Source: an uncultured Erysipelotrichaceae bacterium
GTDB lineage: Bacteria > Bacillota_I > Bacilli_A > RFN20 > CAG-826
DNA length: 64,000 nt
Assembly (NCBI GenBank): GCA_902787955.1
Contig: CADAIJ010000007.1
Location: forward strand, 128,326-192,325
Direction: 5' to 3'
Positions 9,988-19,075 of the stretch are shown one piece after another. How positions within the stretch are numbered: position 1 is the stretch's first letter; each line of letters begins with the position of its first letter. A model generated the notes under the pieces. That model did not search any database. It saw only the letters and a program-made list of their open reading frames with translations, and had not been told where the DNA came from. Both the position numbers and the translations under genes were made by a program.

Positions 9988-10473
9988 TTAATAATTTAAG
10001 GAAGGGACTCTACCTTCGTATTTTCTAACTTTAACTCCGGCAAGTTCAAGCATTAAGGCACTAGCTTTAAAATCAGTTTGTTCAGCGTATTTATTATCTA
10101 GATATACGATTTCAGCAATACCGGATTGAATAACCGCTTTAGCACAGTTATTGCATGGGAATAAGGTAACATAGAGAGTGCAGCCTTTAAGCTGAGAGCC
10201 ATCTCTAGTATTTAAAATAGCGTTAAGTTCAGCGTGACAAACATAAAGATATTTAGAATCTAAACCTTCGCCTTTATTCCAAGAGATTTTAGATTCATCA
10301 ATACCAGTTGGCATACCATTATAACCATTGGAGACAACTTTATGGTCTTTATCAACAATACAAGCACCTACTTTGGTGTTAGGATCTTTACTTCTTTGGC
10401 TAGATAAAATAGCCATACCCATAAAGTATTCATCCCAAGATATATTTGCGTGTGGTATATTTCCCATAAACAT
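9988..10473 (-). CDS. deoxycytidylate (dCMP) deaminase / ComEB-like
   Basis: Cytidine-deaminase zinc motifs CHAELNAI and PCNNCAKAV. Confidence 0.75.
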   Translation of the reverse strand: MFMGNIPHANISWDEYFMGMAILSSQRSKDPNTKVGACIVDKDHKVVSNGYNGMPTGIDESKISWNKGEGLDSKYLYVCHAELNAILNTRDGSQLKGCTLYVTLFPCNNCAKAVIQSGIAEIVYLDNKYAEQTDFKASALMLELAGVKVRKYEGRVPSLNY

Positions 10474-10512
10474 TCTCTCCTTTGTAAGTTTGATAAATTA
10501 TAGCATTTAAAT

Positions 10513-10701
10513 TTATTTAATGTTAAGAATTACGATAATACAAGCAATCATTAAAAGCACAACTACACCCATTGTAATTAATAGGCCAAGAGGAAATGAT
10601 CTTTTATGAAGCTCTTCTTTATCTTCTTCACTTAGTAATGATTCATCCACTTTTAAGTCTTTAGTAGGACGTTCTTCAAGTTCTTTATTTTCTTCACTCA
10701 T
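10513..10701 (-). CDS. small membrane protein (62 aa)
   Basis: Acidic N-terminus followed by a single TM helix; tightly packed between flanking genes. Confidence 0.35.
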   Translation of the reverse strand: MSEENKELEERPTKDLKVDESLLSEEDKEELHKRSFPLGLLITMGVVVLLMIACIIVILNIK

Positions 10702-11491
10702 CGAATTTATCCCTCTTTCTTTCTTTGATTACTTTTTTCATTAAGTTCAGTAAGTTTGTAACTACAAAAGCATCAAGCATAATATTGATGAAAAAGACGA
10801 TACATTGTGAGAAAAATATCACTAAGAAGTCTGTTTCAAAGAAATATGCTTTAACAATTGAGTTAAGGATTAATAAGACTAAAAATTCATCGATAATAGA
10901 AATGATTGTCACTTTATAAATGGAAAAGAAATGACCTCCATTTTGATTACGATGTTTGAAATAAATATCTAAGAAATGGATACCGATAACTGTACCCACG
11001 CTGAAGTTAAACGCTAAAACAATAATTAAGACTCTATGCCATGTTTCAAAGACATAGTTTTTACCGAATAAAGTGATGTCATTATTAAGGAGTAAAAATA
11101 CCGTCGTAAAGATAAATAAAGCACTAACAAATGCCACCAATGAGATTTTTAAGACCTTATCAGAATTAACTTTTTCGAATAGATAAATTAGTAATCCTGG
11201 GATAATTCCAAGAAGGGCGTAAACCGCGGTAAACCACGGGTTAATTCCATAGCCTAAAGCATTAGGAACTAAAACAATTCCTAGTATATCGCTTAAACCT
11301 CCAATAATTGCTCCAAAGAATGGGCCAAGTAAGATGGAGGAAAAAATAATTAAAGCAGGACCAAGTGAGATTCTAACAAAAGGAATAACTGGAATATTTT
11401 GGAGTGATAAAAATCTAGTAAAAATAATTACTAGGGCAAGTAATATTCCCGCTAAAGAAATCTTTTGAACTAAATCTAACTTAATTCTCAT
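10694..11491 (-). CDS. ECF transporter S-component-like membrane protein (possibly folate-specific, FolT-like)
   Basis: Polytopic with glycine-rich TM segments; overlaps the start of the downstream folC-like gene. Confidence 0.45.
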   Translation of the reverse strand: MRIKLDLVQKISLAGILLALVIIFTRFLSLQNIPVIPFVRISLGPALIIFSSILLGPFFGAIIGGLSDILGIVLVPNALGYGINPWFTAVYALLGIIPGLLIYLFEKVNSDKVLKISLVAFVSALFIFTTVFLLLNNDITLFGKNYVFETWHRVLIIVLAFNFSVGTVIGIHFLDIYFKHRNQNGGHFFSIYKVTIISIIDEFLVLLILNSIVKAYFFETDFLVIFFSQCIVFFINIMLDAFVVTNLLNLMKKVIKERKRDKFDE

Positions 11492-12698
11492 TTAAGTATT
11501 TTCGAATAACTCCTACAAAGGCTAATGAACCAGTAACTAAAATAATGTCATCTTTATATTCTTCCATCATTTCTTTAAGCGCGGTTTTATAATCCGCTTT
11601 AAAGTTATAGTCTCCTAAATAAAGGAAGAATTCTTCTTCAGTTCTGGCTCTTTTATGATCAAATGTGGTTAAAGTAACATCATGAACTGATTTAGAAAGA
11701 ATGTTTAACATTGAATCGACGTTTTTATCTCTAAAGACAGCGAATAAAACGTGAATTGGTTTAGTAATAGTTTTATCTAAAGTATCAGTTAAAGAAAGCA
11801 TAGCTTCTGGGTTATGCGCTCCATCAAGAATAAGATTATCTTTAACAAATTCAAATCTACATTCTAAAGGTGCGCTATATAATCCATCTCTAATATTTTC
11901 TTCAGTGACAGGAATAATATCTTTAACAATACTCGTGGCTTCAATAGCGATACTCGCGTTCTTACATTGATAAAGTGATCTAGTGTGAAGTTTAACATTT
12001 AAATATGGGAGGTAATCAAAGATTACTTCGTCATTTTCAATTCGTTCATGATGATAATCATCAACGATATGTAGTGGCGATTCATATTCTTTACAATGTT
12101 CTCTAATCGCAAACATTGCCGTGTCTTCAAGTTTACCCACTAAAGAAGGGACTTCATCTTTAATAATACCCGCTTTATTTTCAGCGATTTCAGAAACTGA
12201 ATGACCTAAATATGATGTATGTTCAAGTGATACAGAAGTAATGATACTTAAAATTGGAGTGATGACATTTGTGGCGTCGATATATCCACCCATACCAACT
12301 TCAATAATTGAGATATCTACTCCCATCTTTTTGAAGTAAGTAAAAGCGATAAATGTTTCAATTTCAAATGCAGAAAGCCCATATTTTTCAAATTTCTTAA
12401 GATAATCATTAAAGATTTCTAAGTACTCTTCATCAGTGATATTTCTACCATTTATCTTAATCATTTCCGTGACATCATTAAGATATGGGGAATTAAATAA
12501 TCCTACTTTGTAGCCTGCTTTTAGATAGATGTTATATAAGTAATTAGCGACACTTCCCTTACCGTTTGTCCCGGTAATATGAATGGACTTAATATCGTAA
12601 TTAAATTTTTCGCTTTTTAAAAACTTATCATAAGAGTCTCTTTCGTAAGTAGAGTATTCATGATCTAAAAGATATTGTTTCATTTCCGCTTTATTCAT
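11481..12698 (-). CDS. folC: folylpolyglutamate synthase / dihydrofolate synthase (Mur ligase family)
   Basis: ITGTNGKGSV P-loop of Mur ligases; length 405 aa. Confidence 0.75.
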   Translation of the reverse strand: MNKAEMKQYLLDHEYSTYERDSYDKFLKSEKFNYDIKSIHITGTNGKGSVANYLYNIYLKAGYKVGLFNSPYLNDVTEMIKINGRNITDEEYLEIFNDYLKKFEKYGLSAFEIETFIAFTYFKKMGVDISIIEVGMGGYIDATNVITPILSIITSVSLEHTSYLGHSVSEIAENKAGIIKDEVPSLVGKLEDTAMFAIREHCKEYESPLHIVDDYHHERIENDEVIFDYLPYLNVKLHTRSLYQCKNASIAIEATSIVKDIIPVTEENIRDGLYSAPLECRFEFVKDNLILDGAHNPEAMLSLTDTLDKTITKPIHVLFAVFRDKNVDSMLNILSKSVHDVTLTTFDHKRARTEEEFFLYLGDYNFKADYKTALKEMMEEYKDDIILVTGSLAFVGVIRKYLNEN

Positions 12699-13162
12699 TG
12701 ATATCTACCTCCACTTTTAAGAGCTTTATCGATTGTTCTTTTATCTTCTTTAGTTTTTTCTACATCGCGTTTATCGTATTTCTTTTTACCTTTGGCTAAA
12801 GCAATTTCAATCTTAGCTTTACCGCGTTTTAAATATACTTTAGTAGGAACAATAGTCATTGCTTGTTCTTTAGCTTTACGGAAGAATTTAGAAATTTCTT
12901 TTTTATGCATTAAAAGCTTTCTAGTTCGATCAGGTTCATGATTAAAAATATTTCCATGTTCATATGGGGTGATATGCATATTTAAGATATAGGCTTCTCC
13001 GTTACGGATAACGATATAAGAATCATGTAAGGAGGCACCATTTTTACGAATTGACTTGATTTCTGAGCCTTTAAGTTCGATTCCGCATTCTAAAAAATCT
13101 TCTAAGAAATAATCATAGAAGGCTTTTTTATTGTTAACCAAAACCTTAATTTTCTCTTCCAT
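12695..13162 (-). CDS. smpB: SsrA-binding protein SmpB
   Basis: 155 aa; ...NKKAFYDY... and the basic C-terminal tail are SmpB-like. Confidence 0.75.
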   Translation of the reverse strand: MEEKIKVLVNNKKAFYDYFLEDFLECGIELKGSEIKSIRKNGASLHDSYIVIRNGEAYILNMHITPYEHGNIFNHEPDRTRKLLMHKKEISKFFRKAKEQAMTIVPTKVYLKRGKAKIEIALAKGKKKYDKRDVEKTKEDKRTIDKALKSGGRYQ

Positions 13163-13207
13163 AGCAAAACGATTATATACTTTTTAACTTATTTATAAAA
13201 TAAAATG

Positions 13208-14482
13208 TTAATTTTCTTTATTTTTGTTAAGTAGCTTATCAATTAGGATATTTCTTCTCGTTAGAATTAAAGAAGGAACAAGGGCAAAGACGATTAAAGC
13301 AAGTGGGAAAACTGCCATTACGATTGAAAGAGGGAAGACAAACTTAAATAAATCAATATATGGAGATGTATAAATAGAAACTAAGTGACATATAAATCCG
13401 ATTAAGATAAATATTGAAACGAAGATAGATGCAGAGAAGAATGGGATCTTAAATGACTTTTGTTCTTCAATCTTTCCAAAATAGAATTGAAGGAATATAA
13501 ATCCTAATGTCATAAATAAGAGTAATCCAACAAAAATAAAGGCGAAAGAAACAATTTCAAGGATGAAAGACGCTCTACTAGTGTCTACGCTAACATTAAC
13601 TAAATAATCTTCTAAATAGGAGAATGAAGAAATTGCGCTAAAAATACTAACATTTCCACCCCCATTTTCTTTAAAAGTAAGTACACTTGGAAAAGCTAAG
13701 AATAGCACTAATAAAGCAAAGCCATAAATAAAGAATGAGAATAATACTTTTTCAATTAATCTTGAGAATCTTCCTTTTCTAAAGGAATAATAAGTTCGAT
13801 AAATCATCGCTATTGCTACATAAAGAAAGAGATTAGATAACACGGAAATATATGAACCATCAAGGACTACATAAGCGTTAAAGTTATCAATAAATTTTGC
13901 GTTAGACATAGTAACAAATAAAGTGAATAAATTACTTAATAAAATAAAGCCAATAAACTTCGCTCCTTGATAAGTAAATGGAGCCTCTTTTTTAAGCTCT
14001 TTAACGGAACGTTTTATTCCAATTGAGGCAACTATATAGGTGAAAATCCAGTTAATGGCTAAGAAAGCCGCTACTAAAATATGGTGAACAAAACCAATTG
14101 TTTCTGCTCCATTATTAGGTGTGCTCCAGTTATAGAATAAGAGGGTGATAATATTAAATTTATCATCACCAATTGAATAAAAATTCACGAATACTAAGCC
14201 GAAAGATAAAGCGAATAAAACTATCCCAGCAATAATAAATATACGTTCAAAAATAGGATTTATTTTTTCTCTTCTAGTCTTTCTTCTATCCTCTTCTTCA
14301 TTAAGGGGATCAAGTGATTCTTTCCCTAGTGATTTATTACAATGAGGGCATTTCCTATCTGTATTTTGTATTTCTTTATGGCAGTAAGGGCATAATGAAA
14401 CACCATCAAAACGTTCTCCGCAGTTAATGCAGAATGTTGCATTATCTTTATTTTCAAAGCCACATTTATCGCACTTAAGCAT
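13208..14482 (-). CDS. membrane protein with an N-terminal double zinc ribbon
   Basis: CDKCGFENKDNATFCINCGERF and CPYCHKEIQNTDRKCPHCNKS, followed by about 8 TM helices. Confidence 0.5.
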   Translation of the reverse strand: MLKCDKCGFENKDNATFCINCGERFDGVSLCPYCHKEIQNTDRKCPHCNKSLGKESLDPLNEEEDRRKTRREKINPIFERIFIIAGIVLFALSFGLVFVNFYSIGDDKFNIITLLFYNWSTPNNGAETIGFVHHILVAAFLAINWIFTYIVASIGIKRSVKELKKEAPFTYQGAKFIGFILLSNLFTLFVTMSNAKFIDNFNAYVVLDGSYISVLSNLFLYVAIAMIYRTYYSFRKGRFSRLIEKVLFSFFIYGFALLVLFLAFPSVLTFKENGGGNVSIFSAISSFSYLEDYLVNVSVDTSRASFILEIVSFAFIFVGLLLFMTLGFIFLQFYFGKIEEQKSFKIPFFSASIFVSIFILIGFICHLVSIYTSPYIDLFKFVFPLSIVMAVFPLALIVFALVPSLILTRRNILIDKLLNKNKEN

Positions 14483-14493
14483 TTAGTTCTTTT

Positions 14494-17154
14494 CTAAGCC
14501 GCTATCGAGGCTAATAAATCAAGTAGTCCTGTAATTGTATAATCCCCTAATAATAAACCTTCGTATGGAGTGCCTTGATCAAGATAAATAGTTTGAACTC
14601 CAAATGGAGGAACTTCTCTTGATACTTTTAATCTTTCATTTAAATTTGCTAAATAAGCTGGATTAAGAGTAATGAGTTCATCATTGACAAGTTCACGGAT
14701 TGTTGCGCGTTGAACATTATCTTGCATATTTTGAATCATTTGACCCATGTCACTTGCGATTTTGTAGTTATTACCTTTAACAACTGGATCATCTAAATCT
14801 TCATCAGATTCATGTAAAAGGTATTTCCACATGACGTTTTCATATTCTAATGGTTCAATAAGCGCTCCAGTACCATCATGTTTATAAATATCATTTTCGA
14901 ATACTTCAACAATCTTAAGATTATTGACCGCAGTACCTAAGTCATTGATATTAGTGGTAGATGGAATATGTTTTAAAACAAAGTTATCGTTTAAATCATC
15001 TGTGGAGAAGACATCTCCAAGAGTTAAGGAAGATAATCTAGTTGTGATGTTACTAATTAAGACATTTTCGTTATATAAAGTTTTAACGATTTGAGGAGCA
15101 GAGGCACCAGGCGCTTCAATAACATCTTGGAATGATAAGGTGTTAATTTTATTTCCTAATTCAGAAATTTTAACTGTAGATAAGGTAATCATTACTTGAG
15201 ATGGAGAAGAACCTAAATCAATAACATCTTGAAGCTCTAAATCATCAATAGCGGTATGAATGTTACCTAAAGTAGCTCCAGCATTATATAAAGCAGTTAA
15301 GACTTTTGAAGAAGCGATATCAGACGCACTAAAGATAGCGTCAAGTCCAAGAGATTTAATCGTGTTATCATCTTTTAAGTCTGCAACTGTGAAGTCTTTT
15401 AAAGCAGTTAATAAATTAGAACCTGCAATTTCATCAGCGTTAAATAATTGAGAAATTGTTAATCCTTCAATAGTAGCAGGATCAGTTAATGAAGAAATTG
15501 AGTTATCTTTTAAGGCTTTAAGAATTGGAGAGTTATTAACATCATCCCCAAAGAAATCATAAAGAGTTAAAGCGCGGATTGTATCATCATCTTTTAAGTC
15601 AGCGATAGTTTTATTAGCTAACGCAGTCAATAAGGTTGAACCATCAATATCATCTTGTGAGAATAATTCAGAAATCTTAAGCCCTTCGATTGTCGCAGGA
15701 TCAGTTAATGAATCAATTGTGTTATCTTTTAAAGCTTTCATAATTGGAGAATCGTTAACGTCATCACCAAAGATATCGTAAAGAGTTAAAGCTTTAATAG
15801 TCGCGTCATCTTTTAAATCAGCGAAAGTATTATCTTTAATCGCGGTTAATAAACGAGAAGCGTTAACCGCATCTTCACCGAATAACTCTAAAATAGTTAA
15901 GTTATTAATTGTACCATCGTCAGCGAGTTCAGAGATTGTTTTATCGGCGAGGGAAGAAAGTAAAGTTGAACCAGCGATATCTTCATCAGATAAAATCTGA
16001 TTAAGCTTTAAGTTATTGATGGTTTCTTGTTTAGTTAAGTCATCGATAGTCTTATCTTTAAGCGCGGTAAGAAGTTTAGAACCTGCTAAATCTTCTGCGC
16101 TGAATAATTCTTCAATCTTAAGGTTTTTGATTGTGTTAGGATCTTTTAAGTCACCAATAGTTTTATTTGCTAAAGCAGTTAAGATTGGAGAGGTTGATGT
16201 ATCTAAAATATCGGAGAGTTTAATACTTTCAACAGTCTCTTGTTTAGTTAAATCATCAATCGTTTTATCTTGCAATGCTTGAAGTAACTTACTACCTGCA
16301 ATATCTTCCGCGGATAGAAGATCACTAATTTTTAAGTTTTTGATTGTGTCAGGATCTTTTAAGTCACCGATAGTTTTATTCGCTAAAGCAGTTAATAATG
16401 GGTTAGCGTTAATATCTTCTTCCGACATGATGTCACTAATTTTTAATGACTCAAGTTTCTCCATGATTTTATCTTGGTTTTCTAAATCAGAAAGAGTTAA
16501 ATCCCCTAAAGCTTCCATTACTTTAGAGTCAGATGTATCAAATAAGTCACCAAGTTTTGCACCGCTTAGAAGGTTATCGACAAATCCTTCTTGAGTAAAT
16601 TCACGGATAGTATAAGGATGATCGAAGTCAAAACTACCATCTGGATTTTGTCTGAGTAAGAAATACTTCATAATCTTAGAACTATCTTCACTAACTCCGA
16701 CCATCTTAGCGATAGTGACATTATCAAAGATAGCATCGAAGATAAATTGAGGAATTTCATCGTATTTCAAATTCTTAAATGCTTCTTCATCAAATCTAAA
16801 GTGTAAGTTTTCTTCAATTGTGTCGTTAATCGAAGCTAAAAGGGTATCGACCATTGGGGTAAGTTTAGCAATACCATCTAAGGAATCAAAAGAGACTTGG
16901 CCAGAGGCTAAGGATGTGATGAGTTGGAATAAAGATTGATTTGAATATTCTTCAGTTAAAACATCTTCTGGTTTATTACCAGTCATCTTAATTAAATCGC
17001 CTGTTTTAACAACACTAGTAGCGATAACTAGTCCACCAGCGATGGTGCCAATACATAAAATAAAACCACTTAAAATACAAAGAAGGTATTTCCACCAGTA
17101 GTGTTTCTTCTTTTCTTCTTTTTTTGGTTCAGGTTGTTTTTTATTAATAACCAT
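14494..17154 (-). CDS. membrane-anchored surface protein with about 12 tandem repeats of roughly 36 aa
   Basis: Lys-rich N-terminus then a TM helix. Repeats of the form TIxDLKDxxTIKxLKISxLFSxxDIAGSxLLTAL; no catalytic motif recognised. Confidence 0.6.
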   Translation of the reverse strand: MVINKKQPEPKKEEKKKHYWWKYLLCILSGFILCIGTIAGGLVIATSVVKTGDLIKMTGNKPEDVLTEEYSNQSLFQLITSLASGQVSFDSLDGIAKLTPMVDTLLASINDTIEENLHFRFDEEAFKNLKYDEIPQFIFDAIFDNVTIAKMVGVSEDSSKIMKYFLLRQNPDGSFDFDHPYTIREFTQEGFVDNLLSGAKLGDLFDTSDSKVMEALGDLTLSDLENQDKIMEKLESLKISDIMSEEDINANPLLTALANKTIGDLKDPDTIKNLKISDLLSAEDIAGSKLLQALQDKTIDDLTKQETVESIKLSDILDTSTSPILTALANKTIGDLKDPNTIKNLKIEELFSAEDLAGSKLLTALKDKTIDDLTKQETINNLKLNQILSDEDIAGSTLLSSLADKTISELADDGTINNLTILELFGEDAVNASRLLTAIKDNTFADLKDDATIKALTLYDIFGDDVNDSPIMKALKDNTIDSLTDPATIEGLKISELFSQDDIDGSTLLTALANKTIADLKDDDTIRALTLYDFFGDDVNNSPILKALKDNSISSLTDPATIEGLTISQLFNADEIAGSNLLTALKDFTVADLKDDNTIKSLGLDAIFSASDIASSKVLTALYNAGATLGNIHTAIDDLELQDVIDLGSSPSQVMITLSTVKISELGNKINTLSFQDVIEAPGASAPQIVKTLYNENVLISNITTRLSSLTLGDVFSTDDLNDNFVLKHIPSTTNINDLGTAVNNLKIVEVFENDIYKHDGTGALIEPLEYENVMWKYLLHESDEDLDDPVVKGNNYKIASDMGQMIQNMQDNVQRATIRELVNDELITLNPAYLANLNERLKVSREVPPFGVQTIYLDQGTPYEGLLLGDYTITGLLDLLASIAA
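15250..16450. repeat. intragenic tandem DNA repeats of about 108 bp that encode the 36-aa protein repeats
   Basis: Recurrent near-identical strings, for example tcatcttttaagtc...gcagttaataa versus ...gcagtcaataa, with about 108-nt periodicity. Confidence 0.55.
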
Positions 17155-17367
17155 AAACTTTTCCCCTCAAGTTACTTCAAAGTATAACGGATATAAGACT
17201 ATTTCTAAAGTAAAACTAATAAAATATTTATAGTTTTTTTGTAAACTTACTTACTTTGAATTTTCCTTATAATATTTCTCTAAGTGGCCATATTATCGCT
17301 ACACACATGAAAAGAAATAAATTTATGATGAATTTTAGGGGTTATTTCTATATCATATTTGTAGTTT

Positions 17368-17622
17368 ATGAAGTTTAGAAAGATATTTACTCTCTTAACC
17401 TTACTAATAAGTGTCTCCTCTATTGGGGTTATTTCAGCCTATAAAGGTGAGAATAATCATACTAAAGAAGAGACTAGATTAGTTCTTAAAAAAGAGAAAG
17501 CATCTTTAATAACTTATGCGGATAACGATACTTCTTTATCAATTATTGTTATTGTCGCTGTCGTTGGTATCACAATTACGGGAGCCTATATCTATTTAAT
17601 GAAAGGAAATAATAAGAAATGA
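17368..17622 (+). CDS. small secreted/membrane protein (84 aa)
   Basis: N-terminal signal/TM and a C-terminal TM; overlaps the start of the next gene. Confidence 0.35.
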   Translation: MKFRKIFTLLTLLISVSSIGVISAYKGENNHTKEETRLVLKKEKASLITYADNDTSLSIIVIVAVVGITITGAYIYLMKGNNKK

Positions 17623-19067
17623 AAAATAAAGTTCTTAACATCATTTTATTAAGTTCAACTTTATGCGCTTTATCACTCAGCGCTATCGCTAGTATTTCCT
17701 TTAAAAAACCTATAGGAACTCACGCTTATGATACTAATTCGCTTCCGACTACTATTGATTTAAATGACTCAACTGAAGAAGAAGTTAGATCTTATTATTC
17801 AAACCTCAATTCTTTAAAGGATTCTGAGAAAAATAAAGAAAACTTACTTAAAAATCTAAAACCAATTCTCTCAAACGGACAAAAGTATTATTCCTATGAT
17901 TCCGGTAACGCCATTTGGAATATATATGCGATTAGTGATAGAGACTGGGAAAACTCCCCTGCTAAAGATGTCGGAGAAGGAACCTATAACAGTGCTACTA
18001 ACACAATCACTAACTATAAATATGGAAGTAACAATAACGATAACCCATATGTTCACTCTTTATATGTAAGTCGTAATTATGTTAAAGAACATGGTAACCC
18101 AACTAAAGCTTTTGGTAATCACACTCAAGGAGAAAACGGTATTAACCGTGAACATATCTGGCCTAAATCGAGAGGCTTTGATGAAGTATTAGAAACTACT
18201 GGAGGAGCTAGAGGAGATTTAATGCACCTTTGGGCCGCAGATGGTTACACCAATAACATCCACGGTAATAACGCTTATGGTTACGTTGATAAATCTAAAT
18301 CCTATACAGACTGTAACTCTAAAATTAAATATTCAGTTGGAAACTATCTAGGTACATCTAAAACCTTAGGAAGTGGAACTGTCTTTGAACCTCAAGATGA
18401 TGATAAAGGTGATATCGCTAGAGCCATCTTCTATATGGCGGCTAGATATAATAATATCTCCGGTACCGATAATAATATTGATGCGAATAATCCTAACCTC
18501 ACTATTAAAAATATCACTTGGGGAGTAACTGATTCAGGAACATCCACGAAAGACACTCCATTTGCGATGGGTATCTTAGATGACTTACTTGAATGGCATA
18601 GAAGTGATCCAGTAGATGAATATGAAATCCACCGCAACAATCTTCTTTATAAAAACTTCACCAATAATAGAAACCCATTTATCGATTTCCCAGAATGGGT
18701 TGAATATATATGGGGCACTAAACAAGACCTCGCGGTAGATCCTACTAAAGATGAACTTAATGTAGGTAAAACTCAACCAAGTGAAAAACCAAGTAGTAAC
18801 ACTAATATATTTAATGATCTAATTGAGTTTATGAAATCTAACCCGGTTATCGCTATTATTATCGGCGCTATAGTTCTCGCTATCATAATTGTAGTAATTA
18901 TCATCCTTGCGAAATCCTCTAAAGGTGGTAAGGGAGGAAAAGGTGGTAAATCCTCAGTTAAACCAATTAAAAAAGTAATTAATTACGCTTCTAAAGAGAT
19001 TAAAAAAGGAGGCGGTTCCTCTTCAGGAAAGAAAACCACCTCTAATAAACCAAAATCAAAGAAATAA
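17619..19067 (+). CDS. Endonuclease I-family extracellular nuclease, membrane-anchored by a C-terminal TM plus a Gly/Lys-rich tail
   Basis: N-terminal signal peptide; REHIWPKSRGF, which is EHxxP-like as in Endonuclease I; C-terminal TM then GGKGGKGGKSS. Confidence 0.55.
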   Translation: MKNKVLNIILLSSTLCALSLSAIASISFKKPIGTHAYDTNSLPTTIDLNDSTEEEVRSYYSNLNSLKDSEKNKENLLKNLKPILSNGQKYYSYDSGNAIWNIYAISDRDWENSPAKDVGEGTYNSATNTITNYKYGSNNNDNPYVHSLYVSRNYVKEHGNPTKAFGNHTQGENGINREHIWPKSRGFDEVLETTGGARGDLMHLWAADGYTNNIHGNNAYGYVDKSKSYTDCNSKIKYSVGNYLGTSKTLGSGTVFEPQDDDKGDIARAIFYMAARYNNISGTDNNIDANNPNLTIKNITWGVTDSGTSTKDTPFAMGILDDLLEWHRSDPVDEYEIHRNNLLYKNFTNNRNPFIDFPEWVEYIWGTKQDLAVDPTKDELNVGKTQPSEKPSSNTNIFNDLIEFMKSNPVIAIIIGAIVLAIIIVVIIILAKSSKGGKGGKGGKSSVKPIKKVINYASKEIKKGGGSSSGKKTTSNKPKSKK

Positions 19068-19075
19068 GGGACTTC

